NCBI GenBank assembly: GCA_964363145.1
Contig: CAYIHE010000002.1
Span: forward strand, 1-33,412
Direction of reading: 5' to 3'
DNA length: 33,412 bases
DNA from: an uncultured Gammaproteobacteria bacterium
GTDB lineage: Bacteria > Patescibacteriota > Patescibacteriia > Magasanikbacterales > GWA2-37-8
The notes beneath the pieces are model-generated. The model was given only the letters and a program-made list of their open reading frames with translations, was not told the origin of the DNA and made no database searches. The number at the start of each line of letters is the position of its first letter. The first letter of the stretch is position 1. Positions 1 through 9,000 of the stretch are shown one piece after another. The translations under genes were made by a program, and so were the position numbers.

Positions 1-460
1 CGTACGGCATATTCGGCCAAACAGGAGTTTGCTCGGTAAACTTTCTGTCCTCGTCTAAACCAAGCGAACCATAAACTTCATCAGTGGAAACATTAACGAA
101 TTTTTCAATATTATTGAAACGCGCGGCATCCAAAATCATTTGCACGCCCAAAGTATTAGTCAACACAAAATCTTTACTGCCGCCATGTATTGAACGATCC
201 ACATGCGTTTCCGCCGCAAAATTTATCACATGGGTAATACCGTGTTCTTTGATAACCGAATTTAATTTATCCAGATCAATAATATCACCCTGAACAAAAC
301 TATAATTTGGATTGTTTTCTATGTCCACTAAATTTGCCAAATTGCCGGCATAAGTCAGCTTGTCAAAATTAACAATTTTATACTCAAAATATTTTTCCAG
401 CATGTGGTGTATAAAATTTGACCCGATAAATCCGGCTCCTCCGCAAACTAATAAACGCAT
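1..460 (-). CDS. rfbB: dTDP-glucose 4,6-dehydratase, N-terminal ~153 codons; 3' end lies beyond the window edge
   Basis: Not in the ORF track because it is open at the window edge. Reverse-strand translation from the ATG at 458-460 reads MRLLVCGGAGFIGSNFIHHMLEKYFEYKIVNFDKLTYAGNLANL...INFAAETHVDRSIHG...VSTDEVYGSL. This gives a GxxGxxG Rossmann start plus the KLTYAGN, ETHVDRS and STDEVYG blocks typical of RmlB/RfbB. Confidence 0.85.
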   Translation of the reverse strand, partial: MRLLVCGGAGFIGSNFIHHMLEKYFEYKIVNFDKLTYAGNLANLVDIENNPNYSFVQGDIIDLDKLNSVIKEHGITHVINFAAETHVDRSIHGGSKDFVLTNTLGVQMILDAARFNNIEKFVNVSTDEVYGSLGLDEDRKFTEQTPVWPNMPY

Positions 461-494
461 AAAATTAATTTCCAGATGTCATCCCGAACTAGTT

Positions 495-1607
495 TCAGCA
501 TGACAATTGCTTATTAAATTTACTAATATTGGCCACTATGCCGAAGGCCGCCAACAATACAAGCATTGCCGAGCCGCCATGGCTAAGGAATGGCAAAGGC
601 ACGCCAGTAAGCGGCATTAACCCGATAATCGAGCCGATGTTCAAAAAAGATTGCCAAACAAACCATACCATAATGCCAAGAGCAAGTAAATAACCAAACT
701 CGTCCGGCGCGCCGCGCGCAATTTTTAATCCCCGCAAGCCAATGAAAGAAATCAAAATAATTACGCCGACAGAAATTATAAAACCGGTTTCTTCAGCCAC
801 AATGGCAAAAATGGAATCTGCCTGTACCTCGGGCAAATACTGAAATTTTTGTCTGGAATGTCCCAACCCCAATCCCAAAACTCCACCAGATCCTACGGCC
901 AAAAAAGCCTGATTAATTTGATACCCCACGCCTTTGGGATCAAGCTCTGGATGCAAAAAAGTGGTTAATCTTTGCACGCGGTATGGGGCCACAGCCATAA
1001 GCGCCGCGAATCCAACAACACCAACTAAGCCCAACATCAATAAATAAATTTTTGGAATGCGCGCGGCATAAAGCATGGCAAAAATAATAACAACCAGGAT
1101 AGACAAGGTGCCAACATCTGGCTGTGCTCCCACCAACAAAAGCGCCGGCGCGAGCACCGCTAAGACTGGCGCCAAGCCATTCTTCCAATCTTTTATATCA
1201 CGGCCATCGGCAAGCAATTTGGCCAAAATTATAATAATAGCCAATTTGGCAAATTCCGCTGGCTGGGTGCTATGACCAAAAAATTGCACCCAGCTACGCG
1301 AATTGTTTAGTATTAAACCGATGCCTGGTATAAAAACCAAAATCAAAAATACAAGGGAGGCGAAATAAATTAATCCGCCGAATTTTTTCCACCAGCGATA
1401 ATCCATATGACCAAGTACGAGAAACAAAACCATACCCGGCAACAAGCCAAACAAAAGTTGCTTCTTTATAAAATAATAAGTATCGCCAAATCGGGCGTAA
1501 CCAACCGGCGAGCTGGCGGAAGCCAGCATGACCAATCCAAAAATCACCAAAATCGCAATCAGCAATAAAAACATTCTGTCCGCGGATTTTTGAACGGTGA
1601 CTGACAT
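495..1607 (-). CDS. SEDS-family peptidoglycan glycosyltransferase (FtsW/RodA/SpoVE)
   Basis: 370-aa ORF with about 10 hydrophobic helices. It contains the SEDS signature block GSGGVLGLGLGHSRQKFQYLPEVQADSIFAIVAEETGF. FtsW versus RodA cannot be decided from this window. Confidence 0.85.
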   Translation of the reverse strand: MSVTVQKSADRMFLLLIAILVIFGLVMLASASSPVGYARFGDTYYFIKKQLLFGLLPGMVLFLVLGHMDYRWWKKFGGLIYFASLVFLILVFIPGIGLILNNSRSWVQFFGHSTQPAEFAKLAIIIILAKLLADGRDIKDWKNGLAPVLAVLAPALLLVGAQPDVGTLSILVVIIFAMLYAARIPKIYLLMLGLVGVVGFAALMAVAPYRVQRLTTFLHPELDPKGVGYQINQAFLAVGSGGVLGLGLGHSRQKFQYLPEVQADSIFAIVAEETGFIISVGVIILISFIGLRGLKIARGAPDEFGYLLALGIMVWFVWQSFLNIGSIIGLMPLTGVPLPFLSHGGSAMLVLLAAFGIVANISKFNKQLSC

Positions 1608-1609
1608 AA

Positions 1610-1963
1610 TTAGGCGTTAAGTCTGACCAAAAAAACCGTGCCAATAAGTAAAAACAGATGAAAAAATAACGCCCAGAAACTTAATAGTCTGGCCAAAAAT
1701 TTTTCCCTAGCGTAAAATATGGACGAAAAAAAATAATTTATTAAAATCACCGCCATTCCTGCCGCGGGCAAATAAAAAATTCTCCACCAATTGCCAACCA
1801 AATCCACGCCAAAAATTATATTATAATGCAAAAATATCTGGCCGGCATCTGGCTTAATGTTGGCGATCAAATACCACCACAAAAAAAATTGCGTCAAAAC
1901 TGACCCTAACAAAGGGGCTGTAATCCACCAATCGCGAAAATATAGTTTAGGGGAGTAAAACAC
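1610..1963 (-). CDS. small integral membrane protein, function unknown
   Basis: 117-aa ORF with a GTG start at 1961-1963. It ends 2 nt before the SEDS start codon. It is Trp-rich with 3-4 hydrophobic segments, and I recognise no family signature. Confidence 0.5.
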   Translation of the reverse strand: MFYSPKLYFRDWWITAPLLGSVLTQFFLWWYLIANIKPDAGQIFLHYNIIFGVDLVGNWWRIFYLPAAGMAVILINYFFSSIFYAREKFLARLLSFWALFFHLFLLIGTVFLVRLNA

Positions 1964-1973
1964 AACTTGGTTC

Positions 1974-2002
1974 TTGACAAATTATACTGAATATAGTATA
2001 GT
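1974..2002 (+). promoter_or_regulatory. sigma70-like promoter for rpmA
   Basis: TTGACA (1974-1979), a 17-nt spacer, then TATAGT (1997-2002), 34 nt upstream of the rpmA ATG. On the opposite strand a TATAAT (1981-1986) faces the small membrane protein gene, so this is a compact divergent promoter region. Confidence 0.5.
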
Positions 2003-2036
2003 ATTTCTAATTAAATTAATCAATCTTTTAGCTAGT

Positions 2037-2312
2037 ATGTCTCATAAAAAAGCGGGCGGCTCTACGCGGTTGGGTCGCGATTCCAACTCACAGCGCTTGG
2101 GTGTTAAACTCCATGATGGCCAGGCGGTACGCACCGGCATGATTATTGTGCGCCAGCGCGGCACCAAATTTCATCTGGGAAAAAACGTCAAAAAAGGCAA
2201 GGATGACACTATTTTCTCTATGACTAATGGAAAAGTAAAGTTCACGCAGCATAAACGAATCCGTTTTGATGGTAGTATGAAAATGGCAAAGTTTGTCAAT
2301 GTGGTGGCGTAA
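2037..2312 (+). CDS. rpmA: 50S ribosomal protein L27
   Basis: [29 protein letters not shown]... matches the conserved L27 N-terminus (AHKKxGGSTxNGRDSxxKRLGVK). I chose the ATG at 2037 rather than the track start (TTG at 1974), which coincides with the -35 box. Confidence 0.95.
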   Translation: MSHKKAGGSTRLGRDSNSQRLGVKLHDGQAVRTGMIIVRQRGTKFHLGKNVKKGKDDTIFSMTNGKVKFTQHKRIRFDGSMKMAKFVNVVA

Positions 2313-2333
2313 ACAAGTTGCCAAATTAAAAAA

Positions 2334-2361
2334 CCGAGCCGCAATTGCGGCTCGGTTTTTT
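2334..2361. terminator. bidirectional Rho-independent terminator between convergent rpmA and the epimerase gene
   Basis: CCGAGCCGC (2334-2342), loop AATT, GCGGCTCGG (2347-2355) form a perfect 9-bp GC-rich stem. An A6 run lies upstream (2328-2333) and a T6 run downstream (2356-2361). Confidence 0.7.
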
Positions 2362-2366
2362 AATAA

Positions 2367-3269
2367 TTACTTTATCCCCCATTCTTTCTTTAATTGTTCT
2401 ATTCCATCTGACAAAGCAACGGTCGGCTCCCAACCAAGAACTTGCCTGGCTTTGGTGTTGTCGGCTTCAGCCGCTACCATTTCGCCCGGTCTTGCCGATA
2501 TGTTGATTGTTTCGCCTCCTATTATTTTAGCTACTTCATTGACACTAACTTGTTTGCCCGACCCGATATTTACAACAGAACCATTATCCACCTTGGATCT
2601 CCAAGCCAAAATATTTGCTCGCACCACATCGCTGACGTGCACATAATCGCGCGTTGCTTGTCCGTCGCCTACGATTGTCATGACCTTATTTTTAGCGCGC
2701 TGGTCTAAGAATATTGGAATCACCATGGGATACGCTCCGGTGGCCAATTTACGCGGACCAAACACATTAAAATACCTAAGACAAACTGTCTTTAGGCCGT
2801 ATAAATTAAAAAACAATTGGCAATATTTTTCTCCGATAAGCTTGTGAAGCCCATAAGGACTAACCGGATTGACCGGCGAATCCTCTTTAAACGGCGGTTT
2901 TCCCAAACCATAAACCGCGCACGAAGAAGAAAAAATTACTTTGGACACTTGATTTTCTTTTGCGGCCCAAAGTACGTTCAAAGTTCCATTTACATTTATA
3001 TCATTTGTCGTTAAAGGGTCTTCGATAGAAACTGGCAAACGCGGATCAGCCGCCAAATGAAAAACCGCGTCAGCTCCTTTAAATATCTTTTTTAAACTTT
3101 TATAATCACGGATATCTTTTTTATAAAACTTTGCTTTTTTATTCACGAATTCTTTTTTTCCAAGCATTAAATTATCCACCACTGCCACTTCGTGGCCAAG
3201 CTTAACTAACTCGTCGGTTAGATGCGATCCTATAAAACCCGCTCCTCCGGTTACGATTATTTTAGACAT
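2367..3269 (-). CDS. NAD-dependent nucleotide-sugar epimerase/dehydratase (extended SDR, GalE/UDP-GlcA-epimerase-like)
   Basis: 300 aa. N-terminal VTGGAGFIGSH Rossmann motif, catalytic SPYGLHK (YxxxK), C-terminal GWEP block. Confidence 0.8.
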   Translation of the reverse strand: MSKIIVTGGAGFIGSHLTDELVKLGHEVAVVDNLMLGKKEFVNKKAKFYKKDIRDYKSLKKIFKGADAVFHLAADPRLPVSIEDPLTTNDINVNGTLNVLWAAKENQVSKVIFSSSCAVYGLGKPPFKEDSPVNPVSPYGLHKLIGEKYCQLFFNLYGLKTVCLRYFNVFGPRKLATGAYPMVIPIFLDQRAKNKVMTIVGDGQATRDYVHVSDVVRANILAWRSKVDNGSVVNIGSGKQVSVNEVAKIIGGETINISARPGEMVAAEADNTKARQVLGWEPTVALSDGIEQLKKEWGIK

Positions 3270-3270
3270 A

Positions 3271-4653
3271 TTATTTTCCTTTTAAAAACGGCGAACCAAC
3301 CGCTATGATATTATAACCCTTATTTTGTAATTCGTCATATTTTTCCTGCAAGATGCGTCTCCCGTCCATAATAAGCAGTTTTTTATTAGACCGTACAATC
3401 AAGTTCGCCAGCTCTTTAAACTGCGGCCAGTCGGTAGTAATAATTACCACATCCGCGTCTTTTATTGCATCCGCCTCGTTTGTAGAATACTTTATCGCCT
3501 CTACAGATAAAAAAAGTCGTTTAAAATTTTCCATAGCCGCCGGATCATACACGGCAATCTCTTTAATATTTTTAGACAAAATTAAATTTGTAATTTTTAC
3601 GGCCGCGGAATCGCGAATGTCATTTGTGTCCTTTTTAAAGGCCAGGCCGAGAATAGCCGCCTTTTTGTTATGCCAATCAAAACCGGCCTCATCTTCTGCC
3701 CGAATCACAAAATGTTCGAGTTGTCTTTTGTTGGCTAAATACGTCTCATTTATTAATACGGCATTTTTATTTTGTGATTGCAATTGATACATTAATGAGC
3801 GGCTGTCCTTTATCAAACAGCTGCCGCCGGCGCTTAAACTATCAAAAAGGCCCCAACTGCCAATACGGCTATCGCTGGATAAGATACTGCGTATATTTTC
3901 AAACTTTAATTCTTCAAACGTTTCGCATGTCCGACCCATTACATCAAAACAGTTTGCCAGTTTATTGAATAAATAATAATTAGCCAAAAGTTTCCCCGCC
4001 GCCGCTTCTGGAGGATTGACTTCGATATACTTTACGGACGGAGAGTTATAAAACATTAAATAAATCTGTCTCATTATTTCAAAATCTTTTTCATTCCACG
4101 CGCCTATTACTATTCTGTCCGGTTTTGTGGAATCATGAATAGCTTTACCCATTACCAAAAACTCTGGATTGGAAACCACGCCAAAATTTTTCACCCCAGC
4201 TTTTTCCAAAAAAAGTTTCGTTTTATAGGCCGCTTCTATTGGCACCGTACTCTTATTTACTACCAAAACATACTTCTCTTGCCTTCCATTATTTCTTTTA
4301 AGCAAAGCTTGCGAAATATTTTCTAAGGCCTCATAAAAATATTTCAAATTGCTTTCTCCGGTTTCTCCAATTTCCGGCGTGGGCACACAAATAAAAACAG
4401 CATCGCAATCATTTAGAAAACCTTCCACTTCATTATAATCCGAAGTAAATTTAATTCTGTCATTATTTTGTACCAACAAATCACCCAGGCCGGGCTCGGA
4501 AAGACAAGACTCAATAATATCGCGGTCGTCGGAAGAAAGTAGCTCGATTCTTTTTTTGTCGACATCGTATACTAGTGTTTTATGGCCGTTACTGGCTGCC
4601 GTTGCCGCGCTACAACTTCCGACAAAACCGGCCCCTATATAAAGAATGTTCAT
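3271..4653 (-). CDS. nucleotide-sugar 6-dehydrogenase (UDP-glucose/GDP-mannose dehydrogenase family)
   Basis: 460 aa. N-terminal YIGAGFVGS dinucleotide fold and catalytic-Cys block GGSCLIKD (compare GGxCxxKD). ATGA overlap with the upstream GT4 stop at 4650-4653. Confidence 0.85.
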   Translation of the reverse strand: MNILYIGAGFVGSCSAATAASNGHKTLVYDVDKKRIELLSSDDRDIIESCLSEPGLGDLLVQNNDRIKFTSDYNEVEGFLNDCDAVFICVPTPEIGETGESNLKYFYEALENISQALLKRNNGRQEKYVLVVNKSTVPIEAAYKTKLFLEKAGVKNFGVVSNPEFLVMGKAIHDSTKPDRIVIGAWNEKDFEIMRQIYLMFYNSPSVKYIEVNPPEAAAGKLLANYYLFNKLANCFDVMGRTCETFEELKFENIRSILSSDSRIGSWGLFDSLSAGGSCLIKDSRSLMYQLQSQNKNAVLINETYLANKRQLEHFVIRAEDEAGFDWHNKKAAILGLAFKKDTNDIRDSAAVKITNLILSKNIKEIAVYDPAAMENFKRLFLSVEAIKYSTNEADAIKDADVVIITTDWPQFKELANLIVRSNKKLLIMDGRRILQEKYDELQNKGYNIIAVGSPFLKGK

Positions 4654-5741
4654 AGTAAAGATTTATATGTTTTCTCGGTTTCCATCAACATTTTCTGTAA
4701 CGAAAACTTACCTACCGCAATTTTTCTCGCGCTCTCTCCCATAGTTTGACGCAAATTTTTATCAGAAATAAGTTTTGTTAGCGCCTGCTGCAAACCGATC
4801 ACATCTCCGCGCTTAATCAAAAATCCACAACTTGAATCTACTGCTTCGCTTATACCACCCACATTAGTGGCTACCACCGGCAAACCGGCGCTCATGGCTT
4901 CTAAAACTGAATATGGAAGACCTTCCCAGTTAGTGGAAAGAACAAAAATATCCGAGTCTTTAAGCATGCCCATCGATTTATACCGGGCAACATTACTAAT
5001 TATTTTAACAAACAAGTTTTTATTTTGACCGACCAAATTATTAAGCAACCCTGCTTTTGGCCCGCTCCCAATTATTGATATTTCAATTTGTTTAATCAAA
5101 TCTGGCGACAGACCGGAAGCCGCTTTAATCAATAGCTCCGGGTCTTTTTGTTTTGACAGTCTGCCGATAAAAATAATTTTAATTATGTTGTTTGTCTGGT
5201 TTCTCGGCGTTTCAATTTTTTCAATCCCGTTATGAATTACTGTAAATTTATCCGTATAGGCAATTCCGAATTTTACACCCACATTTCGGGTAAAATTTGA
5301 AACGCAAATAATCTTTTTACAAAATTTTGCGGCGTATCTTTCCGCCATCACTGCCGGCAATTTTCTCCAGAATGGCGTGCCCGACTCAAAAGACCAACCA
5401 TGGGCCGTATAGATTGTAGAAATCTTATTCCGTACCGCTATTCTTCCTATAAAGCCGGCGGCGGTGCTGTGGCATGCGACAATATCCGGTTTAAATTCTT
5501 TAATTAAATCTTGAATGGTTTTAATGGCGCGAAAAAATCTGATGGAATTAAAGCTGTTTGAAAAATAAATATTGGGATAAAATTTCGCCCCCGCGTTTTT
5601 TACTTCATTTTCAAGCCAGCCGCCGGGCAGACTCATTACCGCCACCTCGTGATTATTATGAACAAAAAAATTAACAAGTTGAGATACATGTGTTTGCGCT
5701 CCGCCAATTTCGGATTTTGTTATTAAATATAATATTTTCAT
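4650..5741 (-). CDS. glycosyltransferase family 4 (GT-B fold)
   Basis: I prefer the ATG at 5739-5741 (MKILYLITKSEIGGAQTHV...) over the track start at 5759. It gives an ATGA overlap with the upstream GT2 stop. The E-x7-E block NWEGLPYSVLEAMSAGLPVVATNVGG is typical of GT4. Confidence 0.8.
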   Translation of the reverse strand: MKILYLITKSEIGGAQTHVSQLVNFFVHNNHEVAVMSLPGGWLENEVKNAGAKFYPNIYFSNSFNSIRFFRAIKTIQDLIKEFKPDIVACHSTAAGFIGRIAVRNKISTIYTAHGWSFESGTPFWRKLPAVMAERYAAKFCKKIICVSNFTRNVGVKFGIAYTDKFTVIHNGIEKIETPRNQTNNIIKIIFIGRLSKQKDPELLIKAASGLSPDLIKQIEISIIGSGPKAGLLNNLVGQNKNLFVKIISNVARYKSMGMLKDSDIFVLSTNWEGLPYSVLEAMSAGLPVVATNVGGISEAVDSSCGFLIKRGDVIGLQQALTKLISDKNLRQTMGESARKIAVGKFSLQKMLMETEKTYKSLL

Positions 5742-6505
5742 ACCAATGATAAAATCCAAGACATGACCAACCGCAAATATCCCTTAATCAACGCTGGAAA
5801 ATAATTTGGGTATTGTTTTTTATATTTCGCGATAATGCTTAAATGATCTTTGGCCGCGCGGACGCGCCGAGACCAGGTAATTCCCGAACCGTGTTTCCGA
5901 TATTTAACTAGGTAATCATCTAAATTGGCGAGTTTACCAAACTTGCCAAGTTTTAAAAATAAATCATAGTCTTCACCTACTGTATAATCTCCGTACCCGC
6001 CGCAATTTATCGCCACATCGCGCCTAAACATTGCTGAAGAATGTAAAAATGGATTTCGCAACAAAATACCGGCTCTAATCGCCGTATCTGTGGCGGAATT
6101 TTTATAGCGGCCAACCTCTTGCCCGTTTTCATTGATAACAATCACCGCGCCGCCCACCGCCACATGGTCATCGTTCTTTTCCAAAAATTCGTACTGTTTT
6201 TGCAGTTTATTAGAATCCGCCCAGGCGTCATCGCTGTCCAAAATAGCCACATACTTACCTTGGGCCAATTGCAAACCCAAATTACGTGCCTTGGTTATGC
6301 CTAAATTAATATTTTCACGATGAAATTTAATTCGTAAATCTTGCGCGGCGTATTTTGCGACCACCTCCGCGGTTTTATCGGACGAAGCATCGTCGATAAT
6401 TATAAACTCAAAATCTTTAAAGGATTGCTGCAAAGCGCTCTCTATGGCCTCGGCAATATATTTCTCTCGATTACGGGCTATGATTATAATGCTTATCAGA
6501 GGCAT
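5738..6505 (-). CDS. glycosyltransferase family 2
   Basis: ISIIIIARNREKYIAEAIESALQQSFKDFEFIIIDDASSDKT plus ILDSDD (DxD). Classical GT2 N-terminal domain. Confidence 0.85.
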   Translation of the reverse strand: MPLISIIIIARNREKYIAEAIESALQQSFKDFEFIIIDDASSDKTAEVVAKYAAQDLRIKFHRENINLGITKARNLGLQLAQGKYVAILDSDDAWADSNKLQKQYEFLEKNDDHVAVGGAVIVINENGQEVGRYKNSATDTAIRAGILLRNPFLHSSAMFRRDVAINCGGYGDYTVGEDYDLFLKLGKFGKLANLDDYLVKYRKHGSGITWSRRVRAAKDHLSIIAKYKKQYPNYFPALIKGYLRLVMSWILSLV

Positions 6506-6513
6506 AAATGATA

Positions 6514-7365
6514 CTAAATTTTAATCCAACTAGCTGGTAATAAATTCTCTGTTTTAATATTTTCTGCCACCAACCATCGGCTGGGAGAAATCACAATTTT
6601 TTGCGGATTCTGATTGAGCCAAGCCGACCACCAACTAAAAGTGCTGTTAGCGATAATTTGATGTTTACACAAACTCATCAACCACAACTCTTCTGCGGGG
6701 TTTAAAGTGGGGTTAGAAACAAATACCATTGGACTGGCAAGTTTTAGATTTACTCTTGCCCACTCAATATCGTCTGAAAAAATAAACAACCTAATACTTG
6801 GATGATTATTTATAATTATTTCTAAAGCCTTTTTATAATAAGACAAGTCACAAAGACCGTTATAACCCTTGCGTATAGTGGCAAAATCACCACGACGAAT
6901 ATGAATAGCCACAGACTGATCGGTTTTTTCTATCTCTGATTTTATATCATTAACTTCCTGATGATAGCCGTTTTTTAAGGTAAATTCATCCAACAAAACA
7001 TCCCTAATTGATTCAAAGTACTTATAACTCTGAAAATAACCATCCAGGTATGCATTCTTTTTCTTTTTTAATACCTGTGGATAAAACCTATAAAAATGAT
7101 TTCTATTTATACGCCCGCGGATTTTATCAACTGTTCTGGCAAAAAAAGATGGCATTGACATGGCAACCTCTGCTTCAGTCGCATTTTTTAAAACAACATT
7201 AAAACTGTCAATTTCCAGCTCTCTTGGTATGTCGCCTGTCTTAATATTATCAAACCAAGACAAATCTACTTTTAATTCGTCCTGCCAATCCAAAGCCAGG
7301 CGCTTACCCAGCGCGTATTGGAACATTTGGTTGCCAAGTCCACATTTTATTTTCATTATGATCAT
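6514..7365 (-). CDS. alpha-1,2-fucosyltransferase (GT11)
   Basis: All three GT11 motifs are present: HIRRGDF, FIFSDDIEW, ANSTFSWWSAWL. The N-terminal GLGNQMFQY block is also present. The start may be the second ATG (7356). Confidence 0.85.
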   Translation of the reverse strand: MIIMKIKCGLGNQMFQYALGKRLALDWQDELKVDLSWFDNIKTGDIPRELEIDSFNVVLKNATEAEVAMSMPSFFARTVDKIRGRINRNHFYRFYPQVLKKKKNAYLDGYFQSYKYFESIRDVLLDEFTLKNGYHQEVNDIKSEIEKTDQSVAIHIRRGDFATIRKGYNGLCDLSYYKKALEIIINNHPSIRLFIFSDDIEWARVNLKLASPMVFVSNPTLNPAEELWLMSLCKHQIIANSTFSWWSAWLNQNPQKIVISPSRWLVAENIKTENLLPASWIKI

Positions 7366-7397
7366 AAAATTTAAAACCTAACAATAATAACACAAAT

Positions 7398-8249
7398 TTA
7401 TTTCTTAATTATAACCTCCCATTGATCTTTGCCTAATATAATTTGACCTAATATTAAACTCTTAAAAAATCTATAAATAATCCCCTTTGACTTTAAATCA
7501 AATCCTTTAATCAAATCAAAAACTCCCAAGCCACCTTGCCTCAACTTTTTTTCCAGCACAATTTTAAATTCTTTAAATAACACATCGATTGATTTGGCTG
7601 AAAAAAAATGGAGATGACCGATGGGCAAAACCATCGACCACTTACCTTTCATCAAAAGTGCCTTAATACAATCTTTATTAGGAAAGTCCACATATATAAT
7701 TGCCTCTTGATTAGTTATTTCTTTTATTTTTTTTATCATAGACTTAACATCAACTACATGCTCCAACGTACCACCCAAAATAACTACATCAAATAATACA
7801 TTCTTAGGTAAATCATTTATATCAGAAACAATATTCCCACCCGCCGCCCAAGATCCAGGCTCGACCCCGAAACTAACATTAGCCATTTTAGAAAAATACT
7901 TCAATAGACTTCCTGTACCACAGCCGATTTCCAAAAAATTAAACTTACCATCCTCTCTAAAACTAACTACCTTATTAAACATTTTTTTACAATCCTCATC
8001 TGATGGAGAGGTACCGTTATAATTTGCTGAAACAACAAACTTTGAACCATTCTTATAAAGCGACGATAAATACTCCTGTTTTGGCATAGGATCTATCCAC
8101 CAATGCTTACAACTTTCACATTCACGCAAAGATACATTATCTTCGGACTCTTTATTCATCGTCTTGAGGGTATCTACTATCTTTGAACGACAACCACAAA
8201 TTGGACATTGTTTTTTTTCAACTAACTGAGTTTTGTCTAGCATTTCCAT
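7398..8249 (-). CDS. class I SAM-dependent methyltransferase with N-terminal Cys4 zinc ribbon
   Basis: CPICGC...CESCKHWW followed by SAM motif I LEIGCGTGSLLKYF. 283 aa. Confidence 0.75.
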   Translation of the reverse strand: MEMLDKTQLVEKKQCPICGCRSKIVDTLKTMNKESEDNVSLRECESCKHWWIDPMPKQEYLSSLYKNGSKFVVSANYNGTSPSDEDCKKMFNKVVSFREDGKFNFLEIGCGTGSLLKYFSKMANVSFGVEPGSWAAGGNIVSDINDLPKNVLFDVVILGGTLEHVVDVKSMIKKIKEITNQEAIIYVDFPNKDCIKALLMKGKWSMVLPIGHLHFFSAKSIDVLFKEFKIVLEKKLRQGGLGVFDLIKGFDLKSKGIIYRFFKSLILGQIILGKDQWEVIIKK

Positions 8250-8263
8250 AAATTATTCTATTT

Positions 8264-8977
8264 TTACTTTTCCAAAACCACAACCAAGGACAATCCAATT
8301 GTTTTTCTTAATATATATTTTTCAATAAATTTTAAAACCGGAACCAAAAAATTAAAAAACTTTAACGCATTTTCATTTAAAATTTCTTTTTTCATAATCG
8401 TGCCGTTCCAATACCAGCCTAAGATAGAAAGAAAGTTAAAGAAGAACAGGCTTTTAACTTTAAATTTGGTTTGAGCAACTTTTTCCAGCATCTCTTTTTT
8501 TGTATATCTCCTATAATGATCCACGGTTTTATCGATGCAATTAAAAAGAAATTTATAAGCCGGCGTAACCAAAATTAATCTTCCGCCCGGATTTAATATT
8601 TCATAAATATTATTAATCGCATCAACATCGTGCTCAACATGTTCTATAACATTTAAAGCAAAGACTGAGTCCACATTAGTTAAATTTTTAAAGTCTTCCT
8701 TGTTTTCAAGACCTAAACGCACCACAGAAACTCTTTCGCTAGCAAACTTACTTTTGAGTTGTTCAACATATTTAATATCAATATCGCTCAAAATAATTTT
8801 ACTGCCAGGAAAACTATCGATTGTTAATTTGCTATATGTACCTCTACCGCTTCCAATTTCCAAAATAGTTCCACCCAAGTATGGTTTTACCGTATCAAAT
8901 AACCAATTAGTAAAATTATCTGCTTTGCTTAATAAATCAAGATTAACGTCGCCTTTTTCCGAATAATTTTCTGTCAT
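8264..8977 (-). CDS. class I SAM-dependent methyltransferase
   Basis: Motif I ILEIGSGRGTYS, an acidic SDID loop, and NVIEHVEHD typical of the Methyltransf_11/12/23 group. 237 aa. Confidence 0.75.
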   Translation of the reverse strand: MTENYSEKGDVNLDLLSKADNFTNWLFDTVKPYLGGTILEIGSGRGTYSKLTIDSFPGSKIILSDIDIKYVEQLKSKFASERVSVVRLGLENKEDFKNLTNVDSVFALNVIEHVEHDVDAINNIYEILNPGGRLILVTPAYKFLFNCIDKTVDHYRRYTKKEMLEKVAQTKFKVKSLFFFNFLSILGWYWNGTIMKKEILNENALKFFNFLVPVLKFIEKYILRKTIGLSLVVVLEK

Positions 8978-9000
8978 ATAAGATATGAATTATATTTATT

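Noticed and set aside
1974-2036. Track ORF start (TTG at 1974), which would add 21 residues to the L27 N-terminus
   Set aside because: The TTG is the first half of a TTGACA -35 box with a TATAGT -10 placed 17 nt downstream. The canonical L27 N-terminus ([10 protein letters not shown]) begins at the ATG at 2037.
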